Assembly: GCA_013115145.1 (NCBI GenBank)
Contig: JAAPAO010000025.1
Location: forward strand, 1 to 64,000
Source of the DNA: Perkinsus chesapeaki ATCC PRA-425
Taxonomy: Eukaryota > Protista > Perkinsozoa
Direction of reading: 5' to 3'
Length of the DNA stretch: 64,000 nt
Made by a program: the position numbers and the translations under genes. Shown piece by piece: positions 10,800-20,818 of this stretch (its first letter is position 1; the number at the start of each line of letters is the position of its first letter). The notes below the pieces were generated by a model. The model was not told the DNA's origin, did no database searches, and worked only from the letters and a program-made list of their open reading frames with translations.

Positions 10800-13700
10800 C
10801 TAGACGATTCCTTCAATGCGAGGCAATCCTGTCCACATGTTTAAAAGGTCACCGATGGCTCGCCCACTCAGCTGTCAGCTTTCTTCTAGGAACTTGCTCT
10901 GCCTTAATCTGCGTCGTACTGGAGCCAAATATCTTACCAGCTTCCGATACCTTTTCCACCTAAAATTCATTCCTCCCAGGAATCGAACCCACGCCCTTCA
11001 GCATGGTAAACAACGACCGTACCCGCTTGAACAACGAGCTCGACGCAAGCTTTTGGCCGACGAAGCCCGCGAAGGTTTCGATAACATCTTCATCATCATC
11101 GTCAAATATCCCAACCTCTCCATCAAGCTCACATTTATTAATCATTTGTATCACCCCGTAAACCTGTACAACTGGATGCGAGGAGGATACGTCACGCGCC
11201 AGGAAATTCGCTCGCACAATAGGTTCAAGTCTGAGCCATGATAGCTGGTCACCAAACCAAAAGCTTGGTCCCACAACAGCTTTGCGGTGAGCCACGGAAA
11301 ACGCTGACAAATGCCCAGCAGTGAACAAATAACGATTCAAAAAATTTCCAAGATCAAGCATTATCCACATCTTGTCATCGCGTCGCATCAGACATGAAGA
11401 TCATTAGTGTTATCGAAAACAAAAGTCTCGTCGTAGTGTTAAGCTCTGATCGAGAGGAAGCTGACCATACGGTCTCGATATAGCCCAGCTCATTCCCTCG
11501 AGCCTATATCAAGAGGATGACATGGATGCATTCCAACTGCCATTTTAATCTACAATTTCTCACCTGACCATCCTTCTGGATGGGACACACCAGCACGCTT
11601 CTGGTTCGATAACCAGTTTTCACGTCCATCTCAGAATTGAACCTATTACACAGCGGAATTTCCTGGCGCGTGACTTATTTACCTCTCATCTTCCCAGGCA
11701 TCGAGGATATTAATAGTCTTCCTCTCTCTAGCGCATTCTCCCGCGATCCCTTACATCATTACCAGTCCAACGAGTTAAGCATTCAAGCTCCCATCCCAAT
11801 GGTCGTGGGTTCTATCCCCCCACTTGCCTTTATTCCACGATATCCGTATCTCTTTCATACTATCCGTCGCTATGCTCCACAACTGCTCCTTATTATGATC
11901 AACTAGATACACTGTTGAGCGATCAGCCGACACCTACTCAGACCTCAATCGCCCTGCCACTCATCCAACCTTCGCACCACGATTACTCAGTCCGCTCTGC
12001 CTACACAGCTGGACGCGATAAAATAACTTAATCACTATTTTCGGTATTAAATCCCCAAGACCATTAGGTCTCAAACACCATTATAACTCTTCTCTAACAT
12101 CATTCTACTCCTGCTTATTTCTCGCCCGCAGCACGGCCTATAAGGCCCTACAGCCGCCTCTATCCCACATCGCATCATTAAAACAAACTCCGCGAACCCC
12201 CATATGCCCCCGCCGCATTACCAGTTCATTAGCGTGCATCGCTATCGTCAAAATTGTGCTCTGTGCCCCGAGGTCTTGACTCAGCCCCGAAAGTATCCTC
12301 ACCAAACCTTCAGACTTCTCCAAAGACTTAACTGCTAGTCCATACAGCTCAGCATTCCTATCGCAGCAATTTCATGGCGCGCGACATTCCACTACCGCAA
12401 GGCGATGCCGGCTTGTTGCGCTAGATGCTCTGCTACGAGCTGATCGGATGAAGTGAACGGCTCCAAGTCATCATCTGCAACAAACCGAACCGCGTTTCAA
12501 GAATCATGAGCAACGAAGTAAGAAGTTCATACTAAAACATAGTCATCAGTCTGCTAACAAGTATCATAGAAAAGCTACCATATCCTCAATTACGCGGTCA
12601 TACTCACCCATCATATACAACACAGGAACTCTCCAGTCCCTTACGAGATAACACCTTCTTCTATGATTCCAAGTAGTCTACTAGTAATTCTGAAAGTCTC
12701 TATGAAGTAAACCAACCATACTGACCAATTACATAAAGCCCTATCCATCATATGTTTATATAACTAGCGTAACACAGCGTGATGGCATCAAGCAATGAAT
12801 CCCTAGAGTTCCTCCATACCAACTTTCCCCCAGATTCCCTCTTGATAGTACCATTAGCCTTATTCATTATCTGCAGAACTCCAACTGCCTCTCCATTGAA
12901 GTCCACTACGGGAACAGCAAGCAACTGTCTCGTCCTATATCCTGAACCCAAATCGATCGCCCGATCGATAGCTAGATACGCAACTGCCACGGAGCAACCC
13001 TACCAGTCTTTTTATCAAAGTCGCTGTCAAATCTCGTGTCCTTGTAGCAGTCTGCTATATTAACCTTGAATTCAGGTTACAACCGCGGAAGAATCTTTAC
13101 ATTCCGCCACGATCACGCTTCAACCTAATCTTCAATTTTCCCTCCCCACCAACTTACCGTCTCTTTACTGGCAAACACATGACCAGCAATGCCCTGTTTA
13201 GGATGCACCTACAAACCTCTCCGACTGCCAATCCCGAGCGCCACAAGATTGTCCCACTCGTATAGGTTTGGCTAGATTGCTCGCTGTCAAGGTCAGCATT
13301 TTTGTGTGTGGATTGTAGATGAAAAGCGACGCTCGATCACTTCGCGTTAATCGTAGTGCTTCTCTAATAATCGCATTAATGGTCTCCTTGGGTACCTGTA
13401 GGAGGGCTCCATCCAACGAACCAGAAGCCTAGTGCGGAAAAGATATAATAAAAGGGCGAGATAGGTTCCTAACCACAGAATAGAGATGGAATACGTACCC
13501 CTACGTATAATGGAATACGATGCCCTTGGTCTATTAAATCACCTTTGCAACGACCCTAAATCCAGATACATTGACGAAAGTATCAATAGGTCAATAATGT
13601 GAAATTGAGCAAAGTATATAGTTAAGATTATTCAGCCCCATATTACAATTTCTTTGTTAATTCGTCTAGTCGCCTCCAACAGCCCCTTTAATACGTCCCC

Positions 13701-14218
13701 ATCCATCTCTACAGCCGCCCTCCCTTTGCCGTACTAACTTAACCTTCAACGAGCAGCACGAGCAGTCGGTATTATCACCTCGGTGGCAAACGTTTCATCG
13801 CTGTTCTCCAACATCTGTAACCAATACCTACCATAACAGTTCTAGCCTCGTGGGTGTTATTCGGCCATACTAGCACAGCACAAGATGCACCCACGCCATC
13901 TGTTTGACTATCTCGATTAATCTAGAATGTTTTCGTAGTAAAAACTTTGATAATGCAGACTTTTAAAGCGCTGATGTATTGACAATTACAAACCATAATT
14001 TACCATAGAACAGTCAGAAGTAAGAAAGAAAGGTTAAACTACACCACCATCATTGGGCTCTAACGAAAGGGTATGTCTAGCTCTATTCGATATTCAATTG
14101 TAGCTGATTACTTTTTTGGATTTGTCGGTTTTTCTATCAGAATGCCTTCTATCAGGTTGGACACCATATCCTGTATACGATGCTCCTTTATGTACTGTTG
14201 CAGGCTGAGTCCATCCAT
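10800..14218 (-). CDS. Protein with RIIa/Dpy-30-like dimerisation-docking N-terminus and two GAF domains, multi-exon; 3' end uncertain
   Basis: MDGLSLQQYIKEHRIQDMVSNLIEGILIEKPTNP. GAF1 exons: SDRASLFIY, QGIAGHV, YKDTRFDSDFD, GYRTRQLLAVPV, GVLQIMNK, FTSSDQLVAEHLAQQAGIAL. GAF2 exons: ADRSTVYLVD, GIAGECA, FNSEMDVKTGYRTRSVLVCPI, GVIQMINK, FDDDDEDVIETF. Confidence 0.85.
10960..11022 (-). pseudogene. 63-nt putative intron containing a tRNA 3'-part remnant
   Basis: GTACGG...ATGCTGAAGGGC-GTGGG-TTCGATT-CCTGG-GAGGAATG-AATTTTAG. Shares 19 identical nt (AGGGCGTGGGTTCGATTCC) with intron 6182-6230. Confidence 0.65.
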
Positions 14219-14504
14219 CGAACAAGTGAATACACGCATGCGGTCGCCAGACCGCGCATTTTGCAAAGTTATCGATTGGAATGGCGAGCGCGTTATGAAT
14301 TCTGACGTGGTCGGATGAGTCGCACGGCTGAACCGTGACGGCCCGTCTTTGACGGGAAGTACTCGCCGTGGCAGCTCGACAGTCACACGTTGGACGGCTA
14401 TGTACTACATAGTCTTAGTGGAGGTCCAGGACCTCCTGCATGGCAGAGGCTTTGACTCAGAGTCGATGCAGGTTCGGTCACGTAACGTCATTGAGGTTTA
14501 GTAC

Positions 14505-14827
14505 TGTGACGGCTACGTGCAGAGGAGACATTACCCACACAATGCAAGACAGAAGATATGCATGAAGAATATTCAACTAGCGTCATTCATTATTCAAGCT
14601 AATTAGTATGATGATTATACCGTATATATTGTGATGAGATAACGCACTGAGTTTGGTATTTCTTTCATTTGTTTCGTGCAGGGTGTTTTCCATTCCCTTC
14701 TGAACCTGTGACGTAACCATCGTCCATTTTGTGAATGCTCCCAAGAATGTAACCAAACGTCTAAGACGCAACTCTGAGTGTAGATTATAGAGATGAGGTG
14801 ATGACAGTCAGAGGTACCGCGTGAGCA
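14505..14827 (+). repeat. Rearranged 5' LTR: segment A direct (14505-14704) + segment B inverted (14707-14827)
   Basis: A matches 18780-18979 with 1 mismatch in 200 bp. 14707-14827 is the exact reverse complement of 18992-19112. Confidence 0.95.
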
Positions 14828-14828
14828 A

Positions 14829-15389
14829 GAAAACAGACATCGTCACAACATACAACGGGGAGGTCACCGAGATGCTCTTGAACCAGTTGCCGGTCACCAG
14901 CTACAAGTATCTGAGAAGGTTCGATTGGGTATATATATCGAAGATGAATTGGCACTCTCCATTGATGCCTATCCGACAGACATGAGTCACATGTGTGTCG
15001 ATGCCAATGTTATTCTTGGTAGCGACAGCATGAAGAGAATGGGGGCCATAGTCGACTTCGCCGAGGGTATCCTTGATACCACCGATTGTGACCTGAAGTT
15101 TCCCTTGATCGGTTTGACTCAGCGTCATGCATCTCCGGTTTACACCACATTGACCAGCGCCACTTCTGATGAGTTCTCTTGCCATCCATTAGATAGCCTT
15201 GAGGCTCGATTCGCCAATGCCGATGAAGCTGACATCACCGCTTTCTGCGAGTCGCGTCTAGAGGGAAAAGAGCTTCCCGAGTTGACGTTTTCTCTCAAGC
15301 CTGGCACACACTGTTACCAGACAGTGTCCAGTACTCCGTCCCGAGTGGGTTACGAGAGGCCACTGATCGTGCCATCGACGAAGAGATAG
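14829..15389 (+). pseudogene. C-terminal half of retrotransposon aspartic protease plus linker; frameshifted relative to RT
   Basis: KVRLGIYIEDE...VILGSDSMKRMGAIVDF; no D(S/T)G active-site segment visible. Frame switch near 15320-15330 leads into QYSVPSGLREATDRAIDEEIAKGHW. Confidence 0.7.
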
Positions 15390-18300
15390 CAAAAGGCCAT
15401 TGGATTGAACTCCAAGAGTCTGATCTCGAAGTTGATGCTTGGGTATCTCCGGCCTTCAGTAAAGCCAAATGCCGTACTGAGGATGGTTTGCCGAGAGTGA
15501 GAATCTTGGTAGATTTGAGACTGCTCAATAATGCCATAAGCATTGACAGTCACTACCGAGAAGGCCAACTTCTTCCTTCCCAAGAGGCATTCATCAGAAA
15601 TATACCGTCTTGTACGGCATCGTACTCACTGGTGGATGTATCCTCGGCGTTCCATGGCTGCCGTGTCAACCCTCAAGTTCAACGACTTCTGACTTTTCGG
15701 CTGAATGCGCGTCTCCTGAGGGCTAAGACTCTACCGCAAGGCCTCGGTATAAGCGCCCTTTTCTGGGGGCGGCATCTACATACTGCGCTTTCTCTAATAT
15801 ATGGTTCACTTTGGACCAAATGGCTGTCACCGTACGTCGATGATCTATTAATATTTGCCGAGAGCCCCACGCGCTGTAAATGGCGGCGCTCCTTGATCAC
15901 CTGCGCTCTAAGGGCGATGGGCAAAGAGATAAGCCTCAAGGTCGGTTCTGAGGTGACACCTGCCATTGACGCCATTGGCCTACATTTTGATGGTCCTTAC
16001 TATCGGTTATCAGACGAGAACTTGGATAAGCTCAGAGCCCTGTTTGTGCATACCCCGCGTAACCAGCAGGAGGTTCGCCGCCTAATTGGTACGATATTAT
16101 GGAGCTCCCTCGCCTTCAGAGGCGACCGTCTGGTTGACTTTGGTGAATGCCTTCGGTCTCTGAATGACCTGTTAACTATCCCTTCATCGGATTTCGAATG
16201 GGCTAATTCAAATGGTCCTCCAACGGAAAAGAAGTTGATGACTATGCTCACCCGCGAGAATCTTGCCCTCCATAGTGATCTGGAGGAAGCTACTGGGGAA
16301 TCTGGTGGTTATGTGTGGTTGGTTCAGTCTGATGCGAGCGACGTTGCCGTCGCAGGAGCTCTTTACAGGGCAAGAGCTAATATCGTCTATGGTACATGCC
16401 GAGACCCCCAGGAGAGACTGCAGGATGCCTCACTCGTGGCCCTGTGGAGTAAGGCTTTATCCTCCGTCCAACAAAGGTGGCATACTATAGAAAAGGAGGC
16501 TTATGCTGTCTACTGCTGCATATCTAGATGGGGGCGGCTCTGGCTGTCAACCACTAGGAATGCTCATATGGTAAAACCCGATAGAAAGTGTGGTCCGGCG
16601 ATACTCTTCCAGTCGGACAGCCAAACGGCTATCCGGCACTGGGAAACCCTAAAGGTGCCTCATGATCCTGCCATTTCCCTCAAGGGGAAACGATTTCTAT
16701 CTTGGGTCGAGAACGTCTCCTTCATCTCCTTTATGGATCATGGTTTCGAGCACTTGCCTGGCTCTTATAATTCTGTGGCCGATATGCTCACTAGAGTCGG
16801 AGCATTCTTATCGACTCCAGGTCCAGAGTTATTGGGTCATGGGTCTGTATACTCTTTAACTCCAGCTACTATGAAGTCATCGTCGCTGAGACCAGCTCTA
16901 CCTTTGTCCGATACAACGATAAGAAACGTTGGGCTCGCTTACTACGACGATGAGACACAGTGGCAAGGAGTTATGCTACGAGAAATCTTCATAACCTTGC
17001 TGTCGAAAGTCAAGCCTACGGATTTGCCTTCCGGTGTGGTATTTCCTCATGGCCGTCACCTCACTCAAATTGAAGCATGGTTACAGGCTGGCCTTTTCGT
17101 TCTCTCGGACGACAACCTGATGTTCACCGCGGCGACTCTAACATCCTCTAAGGCGCTGTACGTTTTGGTTGTACCTGCTTCGTGTGAGGCCGATCTGGTA
17201 GATTCGTCTATCGTCGATGCGGCGACCGCATGTGACGACCCATTTGATCTTCGCCGACAGATTCTGTTTTGTACCCATGACCAGATCATGAGCGGTGCAA
17301 CCCATATGAGTCTGGGTGCCGCCCTTAAGGCTTTATCGGACTCAGTCTGGTGGCCGGCTATGGTTTCCGCTATGCGTGACCATGTTTGGTCTTGCCCGGT
17401 ATGTTGCACGACTTCACGACGACGAGGAAAACAAGTCCCTGCTCGACCTGTACTAGCTACGACTCGGTTCAAGGAGATCCAGATTGACCATAAGGAGATT
17501 CCTCTACGGCTAAAAGAACGAATTGAAGATCTTCCGGCAACTGCGGCCGTTTTAAGCATCGTTGATAGGTGCACTGGGGAACTCTGCATTGAATTGGTGC
17601 GGGATAAAACTGCGCTAACTACGGCCCAGACTCTGGTACGTCGGTGGATGAGCAAGCGTGGTGTACCGGCAATCGTATCATGTGATAATGCCTTTGCTAC
17701 AGATCTTGCGAAGATCGTGTCTTCTCTTCTTGGGTATAGAATGACCTTTGCATGTGCTCGCCACCCTCAAGGTTCTTCAATGGTCGAGAGAAGCCATGCA
17801 TCTATATCTACTGCCCTGACATATATTGAAGAATCCGGCGACTGCGACTCCGCCTATGATCTGGAGCTCCATCTTGCTTCGGCTGAGTTCTCCCATAACG
17901 CGAACTCTGGTGTCTTCCGCAGGTTATTGGGTGAAGATGTACCGAAACCTCTTTCTCTCTGTGGAGTTTCTTCTGATGGTGACGAGCTGGTAACCTTGAA
18001 TGGTGTTGATGAAACGAAGTTCGTTAGAAGGTTAACTGCTCTGGTGGAAGACGAAGTTCTCGAGCATATTGTCGGCTCGGCCATTAAGGGGCATTATAAC
18101 CTTTTTGACAGGGTTGCTAAGACGGCCCCTAAGAATGGGCGCCGGCTGATGTGTGACGTTGGTGACGTTGTCCTATACCAGGGTGCAGAAGATGTAGTCG
18201 TAAAGATCTCCTACGACGCGTACTCCGGCCTTCCCTTGGTGGTGAAATTGGCATCAGGCACGAAAGTTCACCCCACGGAGATATCACCTGCTGGTGATAG

Positions 18301-18754
18301 TCGCCCTGTAAGCCAGCCCACTATTACGGCCCGCCGTGCCGCTGTTATGAAATCCCCCGGCTCCCAACTGCGTTGGAACAGTGGTTACATCCTCTTCAAG
18401 GTTTCGAAGGCAGAGTTCGATAATCGCGATGACAATGTTGAGAGCCTGTTTATGATTGGCAAGGTTTTAGACTCGGAGCCCAATTTCCTCAAGGTCCATG
18501 TGTATGATGGCGGTAAAACATCCCGCTACTTCCTACCCTTGTGGACCTCTTCGATGAAACCCCATCCGGTTCGGTCTAAAGAGGCACCCCAAGATTATGA
18601 GCGCTTGATTCGGGACGTTCCTTACTGTGATGTCCTTTTCTCGGTTGACCTTACCGACAGCCTCCTATTGACGGCGACATCTCGTGCAAGGTTGAATGCC
18701 GCCTCTATTGGTAAGTGGATGTCACCCTCTGACACGGTCGCGTCTGATATGTAG
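15329..18754 (+). CDS. pol: Retrotransposon Pol: reverse transcriptase, RNase H, integrase and extra C-terminal domain
   Basis: ORF 15488-18754 is open upstream to ~15329. RT ILVDLRLLN and YVDDLL; RNase H QSDASDVAVAGAL, EKEAYAV; integrase H-H-C-C (WWPAM...SCPVC), IQIDH, VSCDN, MVERSH. Confidence 0.93.
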   Translation, partial: QYSVPSGLREATDRAIDEEIAKGHWIELQESDLEVDAWVSPAFSKAKCRTEDGLPRVRILVDLRLLNNAISIDSHYREGQLLPSQEAFIRNIPSCTASYSLVDVSSAFHGCRVNPQVQRLLTFRLNARLLRAKTLPQGLGISALFWGRHLHTALSLIYGSLWTKWLSPYVDDLLIFAESPTRCKWRRSLITCALRAMGKEISLKVGSEVTPAIDAIGLHFDGPYYRLSDENLDKLRALFVHTPRNQQEVRRLIGTILWSSLAFRGDRLVDFGECLRSLNDLLTIPSSDFEWANSNGPPTEKKLMTMLTRENLALHSDLEEATGESGGYVWLVQSDASDVAVAGALYRARANIVYGTCRDPQERLQDASLVALWSKALSSVQQRWHTIEKEAYAVYCCISRWGRLWLSTTRNAHMVKPDRKCGPAILFQSDSQTAIRHWETLKVPHDPAISLKGKRFLSWVENVSFISFMDHGFEHLPGSYNSVADMLTRVGAFLSTPGPELLGHGSVYSLTPATMKSSSLRPALPLSDTTIRNVGLAYYDDETQWQGVMLREIFITLLSKVKPTDLPSGVVFPHGRHLTQIEAWLQAGLFVLSDDNLMFTAATLTSSKALYVLVVPASCEADLVDSSIVDAATACDDPFDLRRQILFCTHDQIMSGATHMSLGAALKALSDSVWWPAMVSAMRDHVWSCPVCCTTSRRRGKQVPARPVLATTRFKEIQIDHKEIPLRLKERIEDLPATAAVLSIVDRCTGELCIELVRDKTALTTAQTLVRRWMSKRGVPAIVSCDNAFATDLAKIVSSLLGYRMTFACARHPQGSSMVERSHASISTALTYIEESGDCDSAYDLELHLASAEFSHNANSGVFRRLLGEDVPKPLSLCGVSSDGDELVTLNGVDETKFVRRLTALVEDEVLEHIVGSAIKGHYNLFDRVAKTAPKNGRRLMCDVGDVVLYQGAEDVVVKISYDAYSGLPLVVKLASGTKVHPTEISPAGDSRPVSQPTITARRAAVMKSPGSQLRWNSGYILFKVSKAEFDNRDDNVESLFMIGKVLDSEPNFLKVHVYDGGKTSRYFLPLWTSSMKPHPVRSKEAPQDYERLIRDVPYCDVLFSVDLTDSLLLTATSRARLNAASIGKWMSPSDTVASDM

Positions 18755-18779
18755 ACTGCTCCTCTAGTCTAGGGGGCAC

Positions 18780-19112
18780 TGTGACGGCTACGTGCAGAGG
18801 AGACATTACCCACACAATGCAAGACAGAAGATATGCATGAAGAATATTCAACTAGCGTCATTCATTATTCAAGCTAATTAGTATGATGATTATACCGTAT
18901 ATATTGTGATGAGATAACGCACTGAGTTTGGTATTTCATTCATTTGTTTCGTGCAGGGTGTTTTCCATTCCCTTCTGAAACGCCGAGTACCTGCTCACGC
19001 GGTACCTCTGACTGTCATCACCTCATCTCTATAATCTACACTCAGAGTTGCGTCTTAGACGTTTGGTTACATTCTTGGGAGCATTCACAAAATGGACGAT
19101 GGTTACGTCACA
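18780..19112 (+). repeat. Intact 3' LTR, 333 bp
   Basis: Starts TGTGACG, ends CGTCACA; preceded by the PPT and followed by the TSD. Confidence 0.95.
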
Positions 19113-19961
19113 GTACACGCCTGCAATGAAGAGGAGTGCGATGCTCTCTGGAATTGGCTTTCACTGGAGTGAGGGTCGTATTGTGAAATGAAGCTATGCT
19201 AGCTCCGAGCTAGTAGCTCGTGAAATACTTATTCATGTAGCCTAGACGGTGTAGGCTGCGGTGTTGTCCTCATCTGTGGCACAGATTCTGTGCAATTGCA
19301 ACTCATACAGTTTTGAGCCGTACTGTACGGCTACGAATCGATTCTAGAACGATTCTTACAGCCAGCGCTAGGTTGATTACGCTCGATATCGAATAATTCT
19401 TCATAAGCTGTTTCTGCAAAACTGTTGGCAATGAGTGCCGTCACTCTGCAGAACTATATCCCATAGCCTACACGCACGAATCGAAGCGATCGGGAAGTTG
19501 TGCGGGTGGTCCTCATGAACGAAACAGGCAATGATGGGCCGACAGACACTGTCAGAGAATGCGGCTCCGAAAATGTCAACAAAAAGGGGGTCCCCCTTAG
19601 GGGTCATCCCGCGATATGCGCCAGCATGCGAAACCTTAGCAGCTAAAGCTTAGCTCCGACTCTAACACCGTGGCACCAACGACTCATGGGGATGCCTGAT
19701 CGAGTGAAGCTGTGTGGCAAGACTGAATACTTCGAGTCCTAGAGATGAAGCTTGTGGTCTCGCACCTTGGGAGCCATTGTGTTTTGGTAGTTGTACACTA
19801 GCCCTTGGTTGCGTAAATGAATTCTGCTAGGAGGAGTAGGATCTCTTGAGACTAGCTACATTCGTTTTTGGTAAACCCTACAGTGACAATAACAGTTTAG
19901 GTATTAAACTCTCGCTCGGAAGCTGCACATAGTCTATGTGACATAGAATGGATAGTCTAAC

Positions 19962-20602
19962 TAAGACAATTTCGGCGTTGGACTATAAACCCTCACACAC
20001 ACACGCACCAACGACAGCGCTACAAGGTGGCCGTCCGTCCAGTAGCTGGACTCCAGTTCGACAGAGTTGTTCCACGCGCACTGTGTACACCCTTTCTCCG
20101 GTATATTCCTCCGCCGAAACCGTCGGACGACGCTCTGGCTTCAGAGGACTCTCTGCAGTGGGCCACTGCGAGCGCAGTGCTTACCGGGGCTCGCCATGCC
20201 GCTCCCACCACTGTTTTACGCATAACTAAACCTACGGATTCTACTCAGGATAGTCGGACCAACAGTCTTGAAGATTTAATCATCTGCGTGTAAATCCTAA
20301 AGGTGCCCCAGACAGCTTGTCTGTGTGTCTGCGTCGTGCCGACGACGATGTCATCGTCAGAGAGAATCTTATACCGCTTTTGAGCTGCGGAAATGATAGG
20401 ACTAACCCCTGTGTATTTGCTGGCGAATGAAGCGAAGCCGACATGTCATTAACAGTCACAGAGGGAGTCCATCTTAACGGCATAGAATGGGACAACCTGC
20501 ATGTCTTGCAAAGTGTCACGGATCCGTGACACCGTTAGTAGATCCACCGCGCCACGACACGTGGTGTGTGTGAGTTTATAGTCCAACGCCGAAATTGGCT
20601 TA
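19962..20602. mobile_element. ~640-bp MITE-like element with ~29-bp terminal inverted repeats
   Basis: CAATTTCGGCGTTGGACTATAAAC (19967-19990) / reverse complement (20574-20597), extendable to TAAG ends and inward over (CA)n. Internal 20-bp palindrome GTGTCACGGATCCGTGACAC (20513-20532). Confidence 0.75.
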
Positions 20603-20818
20603 CGGACTCTTGAGTTTTGAGGCGACATGAAAGAAGTCCATGTCGTAATGTTTATGCGACTCGTGGGCTAGAATGCAGCTCCTGAATTCAATGACAGGAA
20701 ATTCCAATCTGGACTACAGACTATGGAGCAAGCTCGACTCGGAAAAGCCAAACGTTTTCACTGGAACCCTGAGAACTTTTCAGGGTGTTATCTTCGTTGA
20801 TCGTAAGCTCCACCTTGT

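Larger units (their letters stand above)
14505..19112 (+). mobile_element. Gypsy/Ty3-type LTR retrotransposon, 5' end rearranged and gag-less
   Basis: 4-bp TSD GTAC (14501-14504, 19113-19116); PPT AGGGGGCAC (18771-18779); PR-RT-RH-INT order; TG...CA 3' LTR. Confidence 0.95.

Noticed and set aside
17065-18084. Minus-strand ORFs of 196 and 76 aa inside pol
   Set aside because: Antisense shadows of the long pol ORF.
14505-19112. DIRS/Ngaro-type element suggested by split and inverted repeats
   Set aside because: Encodes a DDE integrase, no tyrosine recombinase, and has a PPT and 4-bp TSD typical of Gypsy.
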